In this document: positions 55,965-64,000 of the stretch, one piece after another
Layout: each line of letters opens with the position of its first letter
Position numbering within the stretch: position 1 is the first letter of the stretch
IMG/VR virus record: IMGVR_UViG_3300020036_009879
Coordinates: 9,651 to 73,650 of that record
From: a virus
Lineage: Duplodnaviria > Caudoviricetes
Length of the DNA: 64,000 nt
Direction: 5' to 3' (one strand)
Notes under the pieces: model-generated
Seen by the model: the letters and a program-made list of their open reading frames with translations, nothing else
Database searches by the model: none
Told to the model about the DNA's origin: nothing
Position numbers and translations under genes: made by a program

Positions 55965-56732
55965 TTAGACTCCTTTTTTATTATCATAGACTAAGATATG
56001 AAGCCTATCAGTATACTTTACTCCTAATGAAAGACACCTTTCATACAACCACTGTCTTTTAGATTCAAGCTGTTCTCTAGTAAGTCCTTCTGGCATGAAG
56101 TACACATTTTGAAGTGAAGCTCCAATCTGTTCTACAAGTCCTAAAGCTTCTTCAATTTGTTCTTCATCTGAAATTACAAACTTAAGTTGGTAGCTATAGT
56201 TCTTAATCCACTTTTTAAGAGAAACTATATTTCTGTAGTTTTTCACGTGTAAGTCTTGGTCTTTTTGTTGTATCTTTCTACCAAGTTCTTTGATGAAAGT
56301 TCCAGGAACAGGGATTGAGTCTACTAGTTTTGGAGAAATAGAGACTAAATTTAATTCATCATCTAAGTCATCAATATAAATAGAACCATTAGTCTCTACT
56401 TCTACTGATAAACCTTCTTCTCTACAAACTCTAACAATAGATTTGAATAAAGTAGAACTAAGTAAAGGTTCTCCACCAGTTACCATTGCGTGTTTAATTT
56501 GTGGATTTAGTCTAATCACTTTTCTAATTTGAGATAGTGACCACTTCTTCTCTTTTTTGTCTCCAGAGTTCCAAGAAGTTTCCCATGCATCACAAATAGA
56601 ATTTAGTCCAAATTGACAAAGGATGTTACACCCATTAGTTCTAATTAAAATCATAGGAGTCCCTACTGAACTACCTTCACCTTGTATTACTGGTACACAT
56701 TCTAAAATGTTTAACTCTTTCTCTTCATCCAT
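55965..56732 (-). CDS. queE: 7-carboxy-7-deazaguanine synthase (radical SAM)
   Basis: IQGEG, GCNILC...CD, TGGEP, VETNG, ISPK, RLH. Confidence 0.9.
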   Translation of the reverse strand: MDEEKELNILECVPVIQGEGSSVGTPMILIRTNGCNILCQFGLNSICDAWETSWNSGDKKEKKWSLSQIRKVIRLNPQIKHAMVTGGEPLLSSTLFKSIVRVCREEGLSVEVETNGSIYIDDLDDELNLVSISPKLVDSIPVPGTFIKELGRKIQQKDQDLHVKNYRNIVSLKKWIKNYSYQLKFVISDEEQIEEALGLVEQIGASLQNVYFMPEGLTREQLESKRQWLYERCLSLGVKYTDRLHILVYDNKKGV

Positions 56733-57029
56733 TTATTCTTGATTTAATTGTTGTTTTATAAATTCTATCCCACTTAATGAGATTACTGTTTTGAGGTTTT
56801 TTCTAGGGTTCATTAAAGTTCTCTCAACAGTACTCTTTTTTATCTCAAAGTATCCTGCTTCAATATATTTTTTGTAAGGTAAATTATTTCCTTCTTGTAA
56901 AATTCTCTTTTTACGAAGTAGTTGAAAAAGCTGGTTTCTACCAATTGTTTTTCCATCAACTTTGAACTTACAGATTTCAGCTACTGCCTTCATGTCTACA
57001 TATTCAGCAGAAAAATTTTTCGTACCCAT
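56733..57029 (-). CDS. Phage antirepressor KilAC-like domain protein
   Basis: IGRNQLFQLLRKKRIL...NLPYKKYIEAGYFEIK...G..FI. Confidence 0.7.
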   Translation of the reverse strand: MGTKNFSAEYVDMKAVAEICKFKVDGKTIGRNQLFQLLRKKRILQEGNNLPYKKYIEAGYFEIKKSTVERTLMNPRKNLKTVISLSGIEFIKQQLNQE

Positions 57030-57031
57030 AG

Positions 57032-57304
57032 CTATAGATAATCAGCAAGATTTTCAACCCATTCTGAATCACTTAGATTTTTATGAAGTCTCTCTAAATT
57101 ATTGAAAAGCTCTTCTTGGTTCTTACCTGATACCATTTGACTCTCAGGATTAGGTATATTAGCATAAGCTTCTAAAGCTTCAAAAGGAGATGTAAATTGA
57201 ATCTCTCTAACTACTTTAATACTTGGTGGAGAGTAGCTGTATTCACATAGATATAGAATACCTAAAGTATCAGCTTTAATTTCTTGATTTAAAAATGTAT
57301 TCAT
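57032..57304 (-). CDS. Hypothetical protein
   Basis: ORF track. Confidence 0.55.
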   Translation of the reverse strand: MNTFLNQEIKADTLGILYLCEYSYSPPSIKVVREIQFTSPFEALEAYANIPNPESQMVSGKNQEELFNNLERLHKNLSDSEWVENLADYL

Positions 57305-57309
57305 AATTT

Positions 57310-57655
57310 CATAACTTTATTGGTTTGTGTTTTACACCTAAAACTATATTATACCGGACTTTTATTTCAGTCGTGTATCCCATATAGAAACTGGTGTTCT
57401 CAACATCTTGAAAAGGGATTGAGTTTTTTGGTTGCATTTATTTAGTATTTAGTCACGTTTCTTTTTATAACAGAAGTACTCTTCTGTAACTATATCATCT
57501 AAATAGTATTGCCATACGAACGTAACGTTTATTTATTGGTAGCCTTCAAACGTACAAACTTATACTACCTGTTTCAAAGTCTAGTACTTAGCTAACAAGA
57601 AATCTTCACCCATCTCTGGAGGAGTTTTCACTCACTGTCTCTTGGCTAGTTGCTA
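57310..57655 (-). ncRNA. Candidate structured RNA (~345 nt)
   Basis: GAGT-GAAA-ACTC and TCCA-GAGA-TGGG tetraloop hairpins in an enclosing stem; possible pseudoknot; ACAGAAG/CTTCTGT hairpin. Confidence 0.35.
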
Positions 57656-57660
57656 CTAGA

Positions 57661-58254
57661 CTAGTGTGTCACAACTACTTCTGGGTTTTCAAACTTAGTA
57701 CCAAGAATTAGCTGGTCCCACATATTTGGGTCACTCCATTCAGCTTTGATTTCATCAGAGAAGATAATGTCTTCTAACCCGAACTCAGAGGCAAACATTG
57801 AAGCTACATCAAACAAATCAGCCTCAGCCCAACCTGTAACAGTTTCAGCTACTCTAACACTTTTTAGTCTAAGATTTTCATCTTCACCGTTTCTGAAAAT
57901 AGTGTTTTTCAAAATTTTATCAATAACGAAGGCAAACATTACTGAATACCCCTCAGCACTTGGAGAAATCGGCATAGTAACTACTCTGTCACTATGTTTA
58001 TTGATAAAACTTTGTACCTCCTCTGTTTCTCTATCCCACATTGAGTAAGCATGGTCAAATGAGTCTAAAAAGTCTTTAATAGTTTTCTTAAATAAACCAA
58101 AATCATAGACCATACAGCCATTATCTAGTTTATCAGCCTCTAAAAAAACTTCTACTACGTAACTATGTCCATGAATAGATTTCTTACATCTATCAGAAGA
58201 ACAATTTCTTACAACATGTGCCCCTTCAAACTTAAATAATTTTCTAATTACCAT
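57661..58254 (-). CDS. queD: 6-carboxy-5,6,7,8-tetrahydropterin synthase
   Basis: FEGAH...C...IHGHSY, VYDF, FDH, PSAE, VAET. Confidence 0.88.
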   Translation of the reverse strand: MVIRKLFKFEGAHVVRNCSSDRCKKSIHGHSYVVEVFLEADKLDNGCMVYDFGLFKKTIKDFLDSFDHAYSMWDRETEEVQSFINKHSDRVVTMPISPSAEGYSVMFAFVIDKILKNTIFRNGEDENLRLKSVRVAETVTGWAEADLFDVASMFASEFGLEDIIFSDEIKAEWSDPNMWDQLILGTKFENPEVVVTH

Positions 58255-58319
58255 ATCTTTGGTTTTAAAAAAAGACTTAATAAATGAATACTAAGTTCTT
58301 GTGATAATTACTAAATTGA

Positions 58320-59060
58320 CTACTCTTCTGGAGAAATTTCTTCTTCAGACTCTTCACCTTCGTAAATATTGTCTAAATTTTCCTCTTCTTCAGGAGCTAA
58401 TTCTTCTTCAGCTGTGTCTGGGTCGTAATCTAAGTCTCCAGGAACTGGTTTGTCTTCAGGTTTAAAGGTTTTTTCAGCCTTTGCAACTGACTCTTTTTTA
58501 GGACGTACAAAGATTTCTTCACCTTCGTATCTCCATTTATGTTTACCAGCTGACTTAGCCCAACCATTCAAAGCATCTTTTAGATAAGCTTCTGATGTCC
58601 CTACAGCTGCAGCAGCTTCAGCAACAGTCTGGTGTACTGCTATAACAATTGTTCCTGTCTCAAGGTCAAGTTGTTCAATTGGTCTCTCAGGAGCTGCTTT
58701 TCGGCCTCTTTTTCCTGGTTCTTTCTTTTCACCAACTACAGTGTGTCCTTCTCCTGTAGTTTCTCCTACCTTTGGAGCTGGTGTTTCTTTTTTAAGAGCT
58801 ACTGGAGCTGCTGTCTTTGGTGCTGCCGTTCCAGCTGTTTTTGCAGCTTCTTCTGCTGCCTTTCTTTTTTCTGCTAATGTTGCCATTTTTTCAATTTTTA
58901 AGGGTTTGTGATTTATTTTACTATTATATTCTCGATATTCAATTTCTCCTAAACAGGAAGTACATATTCCTGTTTTACTATCAGGAGTTTCACTACTATT
59001 AGTGAAATCTGACATTAACTTAAGTTGTGTACACTCTGTACACTTTTTTCTTACTCTCAT
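58320..59060 (-). CDS. Charged protein with NUMOD1-like HTH and N-terminal CxxC pairs
   Basis: RPIEQLDLETG...TVAEAAAAVG...GKHKWRY; Ala/Lys-rich then acidic tail; a second start at MATLAE is possible. Confidence 0.6.
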   Translation of the reverse strand: MRVRKKCTECTQLKLMSDFTNSSETPDSKTGICTSCLGEIEYREYNSKINHKPLKIEKMATLAEKRKAAEEAAKTAGTAAPKTAAPVALKKETPAPKVGETTGEGHTVVGEKKEPGKRGRKAAPERPIEQLDLETGTIVIAVHQTVAEAAAAVGTSEAYLKDALNGWAKSAGKHKWRYEGEEIFVRPKKESVAKAEKTFKPEDKPVPGDLDYDPDTAEEELAPEEEENLDNIYEGEESEEEISPEE

Positions 59061-59070
59061 AACTATTTAT

Positions 59071-59361
59071 TTATAGACTAACTTCTTGACTATATGTATT
59101 TTTAAGTGCTAGATGTTTAACTTCATCGTAATTTATTCTACGTCCTAGTGAGAACTCTGATGGAAATTTTAAGTTCTCATCTTTTCCATCAAATATTAAA
59201 ACTTTTAACCCTTGATTAACTTTAAGAATTACTTCACCCATTGCTGTGATAATATCACATCCACTGTAAGTTGATTCTCTTTTTCCAGTTTCAGAATTAA
59301 AAGATATAACTGTATATCTATTTTTTTTAAAAATTTCTAGTACATTTGCTTGAGTTCTCAT
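59071..59361 (-). CDS. Hypothetical protein (cassette cargo)
   Basis: First gene after promoter cassette. Confidence 0.6.
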   Translation of the reverse strand: MRTQANVLEIFKKNRYTVISFNSETGKRESTYSGCDIITAMGEVILKVNQGLKVLIFDGKDENLKFPSEFSLGRRINYDEVKHLALKNTYSQEVSL

Positions 59362-59362
59362 G

Positions 59363-59480
59363 ATAATTGGTTTTTTAAATTTCTATGGGATAAAATTAAA
59401 GTATTTCTATCTAATAAAAAACTTTTATTACAATTATTTTTAAAAAGTTTTAAGACCTTGAAACTTGGTTTCTAAACCAT
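59363..59480 (-). promoter_or_regulatory. Repeated promoter cassette (shorter copy)
   Basis: ctatgggataaaattaaagta...aaaagttttaagacc. Confidence 0.8.
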
Positions 59481-59566
59481 TATCTTTTTAAATCAATATA
59501 AATATACCTGAATCCATATAACTTTTAAACTACCCATCTTAAAATTAGTTCTGAAACCTTCTAAGA

Positions 59567-60457
59567 TTAATAATTAAAATCTAATTTCCTTCTGACATAA
59601 ACTGTAGCTTGTCCACCATTTTCATTCCTCATACTTTTTAATAGTTCAATTAAAAGTTTAGCATTAGCTATCGTATCAGGAAGTGCCCTATGAGCCTCTT
59701 TCAAAGTTAGTCCTAATTCATTAGCACATACTCCTAAAGAGAAACTAGATAAACTAGACCATCTAAGTCTAACCCATTCTAAAGTATCTATTATAAAAGT
59801 ATTTACTAATTTGTAAAATTCATAACCTGAGTCAGTGAACAGTTTATCAATGTAAGGTAAGTCAAATCCTTTAATGTTGTGTCCACTAATGATTGGCTTA
59901 TAAGTCCCTACTGTATGTGATGTGATAAGATTTTTGAATCTATTACAAGCTTCCTGTGGTTCAATCCCTTCTTTAAGTAATTGTTCTATTGTGATATGAG
60001 TTACTTCTAGAGCTTGTGGATTATAACAACTGTTAAAGTAGATTTCAACTATATCAGAATGAACTGTCTCTTTTAGTTCAAGATACTGTTCATAAGTGAA
60101 TAGTCTACTCTTTACTTTTTGTTCTTCTAGATACTGGTTGAAAGAGTCTATATCAGTCATTAGTATTTCAAGAGATTTTAAAGTAACTTCTCTATCTTTA
60201 TATAATAGTGACTTTACTCTTCCTTCTTCTCCAGGAACAGCTAATTCATTGAATAGTCTTTTAGCTTCTTTATTTGATTCTTCTAATACACTTCTTAAAT
60301 CTAGATAAGGTCTAAGCATTACTGAAAATTCTTCTATGATTTGTAGTGATTCAGAATCTACTACTACTCCAGCTATTTCAGTAATTGAATTTGTTTTATA
60401 AGACAAGCCTCCAGTTTCTAAGTCAAACACCAAAAATTTTTTTAAAGGTGAGTCCAT
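59567..60457 (-). CDS. DEDDh 3'-5' exonuclease (DnaQ-like)
   Basis: FDLETGG, GHNIKGFD, IDTL, AHRALPD. Confidence 0.88.
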   Translation of the reverse strand: MDSPLKKFLVFDLETGGLSYKTNSITEIAGVVVDSESLQIIEEFSVMLRPYLDLRSVLEESNKEAKRLFNELAVPGEEGRVKSLLYKDREVTLKSLEILMTDIDSFNQYLEEQKVKSRLFTYEQYLELKETVHSDIVEIYFNSCYNPQALEVTHITIEQLLKEGIEPQEACNRFKNLITSHTVGTYKPIISGHNIKGFDLPYIDKLFTDSGYEFYKLVNTFIIDTLEWVRLRWSSLSSFSLGVCANELGLTLKEAHRALPDTIANAKLLIELLKSMRNENGGQATVYVRRKLDFNY

Positions 60458-61165
60458 TTAATTAGTTTTATAGTCTTTTAAAAAGACAAAGTTAGTATTA
60501 TTTTTAATTTGACCGTTTAGTTTGAAAGATAGTAGTTCAGGTTTCATCAGAATTGATTCAGCAGCTAGTTTGATAGAACTAAAAACTTCACTTGTAACTG
60601 TATTAACAACACTTTTAGCTCTATTACCCTGTATTAACTTATTTCCTTTGTTTGACTTAGAAATCTTATTTTTCCAGTCTTGAGTATAAACATTTAGTCT
60701 TTTACTAGCCAATACTTCTTCTGAATATACCTTACCTTTCTGTGTCTTACTTATCTTCTCTTTACTTTCTAAAGAATGTTTAAAACCAGTACTTTTTACT
60801 GAACACTTCTTTTTTGTCTCATCAGAATGTTTCTTACCTGTATTAAAGGTCCTTAGTTTTTCTTTTGTTTCATTAGAGTGAACTAGTTTCTTATCACTAG
60901 TATTAGTTAAAATTAGATTTAATCCATTAGGTCCTAAAACATCATAAAAATCTTGCCAATAACGTTCTCTTTCATTTAAGAGTTCTATTGAACATTCTTC
61001 AAGAATTTCAAAGGTGTGGTTATCAAAACCGTGTTTCTTAATAGAGTTCTTAAGTTTGCCTATATGACAATCAACTCTGTGTTGTTTCCAACGAAACTTA
61101 ATATCAACACTCTGACCGATATAGATTTTACCAGTCGGAGATATGATTTTGTAAATCCCAATCAT
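60458..61165 (-). CDS. GIY-YIG homing endonuclease
   Basis: IGIYKI...IYIGQS; NUMOD3-like HS.ETK repeats; NUMOD1-like end. Confidence 0.9.
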   Translation of the reverse strand: MIGIYKIISPTGKIYIGQSVDIKFRWKQHRVDCHIGKLKNSIKKHGFDNHTFEILEECSIELLNERERYWQDFYDVLGPNGLNLILTNTSDKKLVHSNETKEKLRTFNTGKKHSDETKKKCSVKSTGFKHSLESKEKISKTQKGKVYSEEVLASKRLNVYTQDWKNKISKSNKGNKLIQGNRAKSVVNTVTSEVFSSIKLAAESILMKPELLSFKLNGQIKNNTNFVFLKDYKTN

Positions 61166-61184
61166 AAAGAAATTTTTTACAGAT

Positions 61185-61646
61185 TTATTTTAGAAAGTTT
61201 GGAAATTTTTTACGATTAATTTCGTAAATTTTCATTGTCTTCTTATCACCAAAATCCCATTGTATGTGATGTACTAAACATAAGTGATTGATATTCTCAG
61301 TATTATGTCTAAGTTCTGGATAAATTGATTTTGGTAGTATGTGACTGTACCTCCATCTGGCTATTACTTTTCCTGAACTATCTTTAAACTCAGTTGGTAG
61401 ACTAGCTTGACATTCTTCACATTCATGATTTGAGAGACTAAAGCACTCTAAATAGAATTCTTCATCTTTGTCAATTTTATCCTGTGTTGTAGTCTTAGTA
61501 GTTTCTACTAAGTTTCTATAACTAGGAATTACATTAGGTACTTTTGGTGTCTTTCTACTTTCTAGTCTCAGTTCATTACATCTTTGACAAAGATTAAAGT
61601 GTTTATTCACTATCTCTACATCTTTTTCACATTTTTGACAAGCCAT
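61185..61646 (-). CDS. HNH/NinG-like zinc-binding nuclease
   Basis: CEEC...SHILPKSIYPELRHNTENINHLCLVHH. Confidence 0.6.
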   Translation of the reverse strand: MACQKCEKDVEIVNKHFNLCQRCNELRLESRKTPKVPNVIPSYRNLVETTKTTTQDKIDKDEEFYLECFSLSNHECEECQASLPTEFKDSSGKVIARWRYSHILPKSIYPELRHNTENINHLCLVHHIQWDFGDKKTMKIYEINRKKFPNFLK

Positions 61647-61658
61647 ATTTTATTTAAT

Positions 61659-62094
61659 TTTAAAAACCCCGTTTTCTTCATATAGTATGGAGCGTGAATT
61701 TTCAGTTTCTAACTTCTTTAAAATCAAGGATTTAGATTTCAGGGTTTGAATTGGATTTCAGGCCCGGTTTTACTCTATGAATTAGAGAGTTTTTATATCA
61801 CGTACGTACACGTAAGATATATTTTAATATATACTTCGTATATGGGGTCAAAGCAAGATAAAAGCAAGATAAAAAACCTCTAAGTCAGGAGAGAGAGTTA
61901 AAAGATATATTAAAAACAGTATTAAAAACTATATACTGTAGAAAAAATCTCTGAACTTTCTCTCCTAACACAGGAAATTCCTGGTCAGTATGAGAGTAGT
62001 CAAAATCTTTACTTTAAAAGGGGTGAAAGAGAAAACAAAAAACCCAAAAAATCAAAAACCGTTGATTCTTCATATAGTATGGAGCGTGAATTTT
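61659..62094. repeat. ~440-bp direct repeat copy B, with candidate phage-RNAP promoters at 61678-61702 and 62070-62094
   Basis: Matches 16611..17050. Confidence 0.95.
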
Positions 62095-62232
62095 CATCCA
62101 AATTTTTTAAAATTAAAAATTGGATGAATTCTCCTGTCTTAGGGGTCAAATATGGTTTCTAAGACCTTGTTCTTAAAAATCTATATAACTATACCAAAAA
62201 ATAAAAAACAAGGCTTTTAAACCTTGTTTCTA

Positions 62233-62754
62233 TTAGTTCATTATTCTATGTTTTATCTCTGCAGTAGCTAATTTTTTATGATAGCCCTTAATATAGTAAA
62301 GAGGACCATTATACAGTTTTGCTACTGTTGTCCAGTCCCTAATAGATAAGGCTCTAAAAAGAGTTTTATTAGAACGTATGAAAGCTAATCCAGCCCAAAC
62401 CTGATTCTGTTCACTCTCTTTCATAAAATCTACAAAACTACCTACAGAACTAAAACCACAAGCTTTAAAATGAAGGCCTAAGACTTGCATACACCCCCAA
62501 GAGGTAGATTGCATTGCTTTGTCCGGATTCTTTGAAAAAGCTAGATTGAATGCCTTCCATTCTTTTTCTTGAGATTCAACTCCATTATTGATAAGTAGTT
62601 TAGTAAACTTCTTAAACCATCCAGGCTCAAATTGAATTTTAATCTTCTTGGTCTCTGAGTCAAAACCTTCTCCACTGGACTCTACTTCTACAAAAGCTTT
62701 TATAGATGATATTTCAATACCAAATTCTTCAGATAGTTTTTTATAGTTTACCAT
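62233..62754 (-). CDS. Endolysin, N-acetylmuramidase (DUF3380-like)
   Basis: AFVEVESSG, FEP, STSWGCMQVLG, A.LYNG. Confidence 0.85.
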   Translation of the reverse strand: MVNYKKLSEEFGIEISSIKAFVEVESSGEGFDSETKKIKIQFEPGWFKKFTKLLINNGVESQEKEWKAFNLAFSKNPDKAMQSTSWGCMQVLGLHFKACGFSSVGSFVDFMKESEQNQVWAGLAFIRSNKTLFRALSIRDWTTVAKLYNGPLYYIKGYHKKLATAEIKHRIMN

Positions 62755-62759
62755 TTTAT

Positions 62760-63200
62760 TTAGAATTTAAAGATTGAATAAGAGATGCCAACGCCTATGA
62801 ATGATTGGAAGCTAGGTTCTTTCTGTATAGATAAGCCATAAGCTGCTACTGGACCTATAGACCAATGCTTTTCACTTTTTTTAATAGCTTTTTCTATTTC
62901 AAGATTTTTTTCTTCTTCACTTTTTTTGGCTAATTTTTCTTGTGAAAGAATTACTTCATTCAGTCTCTGAATTTCTTTTTTATAGTCTGACTTTATGATT
63001 GAGTCTTTTTTAGTTATTAGTTCTACTCTACTATTAAGTTCTTTTAGAGTTGAAGTATAGTTTTTTAGACTCTCTCCTTGTTTCAAACCTTTATAAAGTT
63101 CTAACGACTGCTCTCTAGTAAGAGTTAGAGTACTTATAGTTTGACAGATACTTATATATGGAGTCAGAACTAGAATTGCTATTATTAATAATTTTTTCAT
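62760..63200 (-). CDS. Spanin-like lysis protein
   Basis: Signal sequence, coiled coil, C-terminal beta strands; lysis context. Confidence 0.5.
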   Translation of the reverse strand: MKKLLIIAILVLTPYISICQTISTLTLTREQSLELYKGLKQGESLKNYTSTLKELNSRVELITKKDSIIKSDYKKEIQRLNEVILSQEKLAKKSEEEKNLEIEKAIKKSEKHWSIGPVAAYGLSIQKEPSFQSFIGVGISYSIFKF

Positions 63201-63486
63201 CTTCTTTTATTTTTTTCTCTGACTTCTTTTTGTCAGAATAGTACTTTTTAATTTCTTTGGTCTGATTTAATTCAGACTTAGAACTAACCTTCTTTAAGCT
63301 ATCAATTTTAAAGTAGTTCAATTTTATTTCAGATTGAATTTTCTTTTTTTCATTTGATACTTTAACTAGCTTTTTATCTATTACAGTTTCAGTTCTAATA
63401 TACCTATTATAAACTAAGCTCCCTAGATAAAATAACCCTATCAAAAAGACTATAATTGATAGGGTTTTTAAAATTCTTTGGGTCAC
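63115..63486 (-). CDS. Membrane-anchored coiled-coil protein (spanin-like)
   Basis: N-terminal TM; overlaps downstream gene. Confidence 0.5.
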   Translation of the reverse strand: MTQRILKTLSIIVFLIGLFYLGSLVYNRYIRTETVIDKKLVKVSNEKKKIQSEIKLNYFKIDSLKKVSSKSELNQTKEIKKYYSDKKKSEKKIKEDEKIINNSNSSSDSIYKYLSNYKYSNSY

Positions 63487-63489
63487 TTA

Positions 63490-63729
63490 CTATTTTTGTA
63501 TTTTGTCAATAGAGTTTTTAGCTCTAGCTTTAGTTAAAATAACTTTTGTAGAAGTTATTCTTAAAATAGCGTTAAGTACTGTTGTAACAACAGCTACTAC
63601 TGATAAGAATCCTGGAATATTTGTTACTCCAATAGCTTGTAAAAAATTAGCGTCAATCATTGGTAGAACCAATAGTATTATAGCTACGATGTTTAGTAAG
63701 ATTACCTTACTTTGGTACCATTTTTTCAT
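63490..63729 (-). CDS. Holin-like protein
   Basis: KWYQSK start, two TM segments, basic C-terminus. Confidence 0.6.
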   Translation of the reverse strand: MKKWYQSKVILLNIVAIILLVLPMIDANFLQAIGVTNIPGFLSVVAVVTTVLNAILRITSTKVILTKARAKNSIDKIQK

Positions 63730-63755
63730 TTTTTTGTTTTTAAAATTAATACTTA

Positions 63756-64000
63756 TTAAGACTTTAAGAGAGATTTAATCTTTCTTAAAATTCCTTCATT
63801 TAAAATTTCTATTACTTTGTCAAGAAGAATAAAGACTCTTCCCTTCTTTTCGAATCTAACTAATTCATTTTCACCAATTGATTGAATTTCGATAAGAACT
63901 ACATAAATTAGAAGAGTGAACTTAATGTAAAGTAGAGCAGAGGAGTAGAGAATAAAACCTTGAAGTCTTAATGCTTCAAGTTCTAAACTATAGATAAACC
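63756..64000 (-). CDS. Holin-like membrane protein, C-terminal part (runs off the window)
   Basis: Manual translation ...LIYVVLIEIQSIGENE... with E-x-x-S-I-x-E-N motif. Confidence 0.5.
   Translation of the reverse strand, partial: FIYSLELEALRLQGFILYSSALLYIKFTLLIYVVLIEIQSIGENELVRFEKKGRVFILLDKVIEILNEGILRKIKSLLKS

Noticed and set aside
57310-57655. tmRNA or class I preQ1 riboswitch
   Set aside because: No tRNA-like acceptor/T-arm ends, no convincing tag, and the hairpin loop does not match the preQ1-I consensus; kept only as a generic candidate
16611-62094. Terminal direct repeats of the virion genome
   Set aside because: Unique phage genes continue outside both copies, so they are internal unless misassembled
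1350-63778. All plus-strand ORFs in the supplied track (e.g. 3514..3837, 30843..31265, 30405..30719, 16973..17236)
   Set aside because: Antisense shadows of well-supported minus-strand genes or repeats; Ser/Phe/Leu-rich with no motifs
1-64000. Integrase, transposase or rRNA genes
   Set aside because: No supporting motifs seen in any ORF or intergenic region

Overview
64-kb AT-rich segment of a large lytic tailed phage. The host is probably Bacteroidota/Flavobacteriia, inferred from TAnnTTT-type promoters and a BT4734/VirE-N-like primase domain. Every credible gene is on the minus strand. From right to left: lysis cassette; a ~440-bp repeat; a 45-kb replication and nucleotide-metabolism block; a second copy of the repeat; head and packaging genes with three tRNA-like genes; a 2.6-kb repeat-rich, mostly non-coding region; promoter/terminator-bounded early gene cassettes; tail-type genes. 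The 45-kb block holds a DnaQ exonuclease, the queD/queE/folE/dpdA-like/queF/queC 7-deazaguanine cluster, dUTPase, a split DnaE, MazG-like-DHFR, ThyA, SbcCD-like, RecA, RuvC-like, ligase, SNF2 helicase, RNase H, intein-containing class II RNR, HU, primase-helicase and a T7-like RNA polymerase. Most notable: (1) DnaE split into two genes whose break ends carry Hint-like half-domains lacking splicing residues; (2) portal protein fused to an ADP-ribosyltransferase; (3) T7-like RNAP with four candidate promoters inside a duplicated 347-bp element that brackets the replication block; (4) four of five tRNA-like genes altered specifically in the anticodon arm; (5) a preQ1-type DNA modification cluster with a divergent transglycosylase. 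All assignments are by-eye motif recognition. No database search or folding program was run. At least two single-base frameshifts in homopolymers suggest possible sequencing indels.
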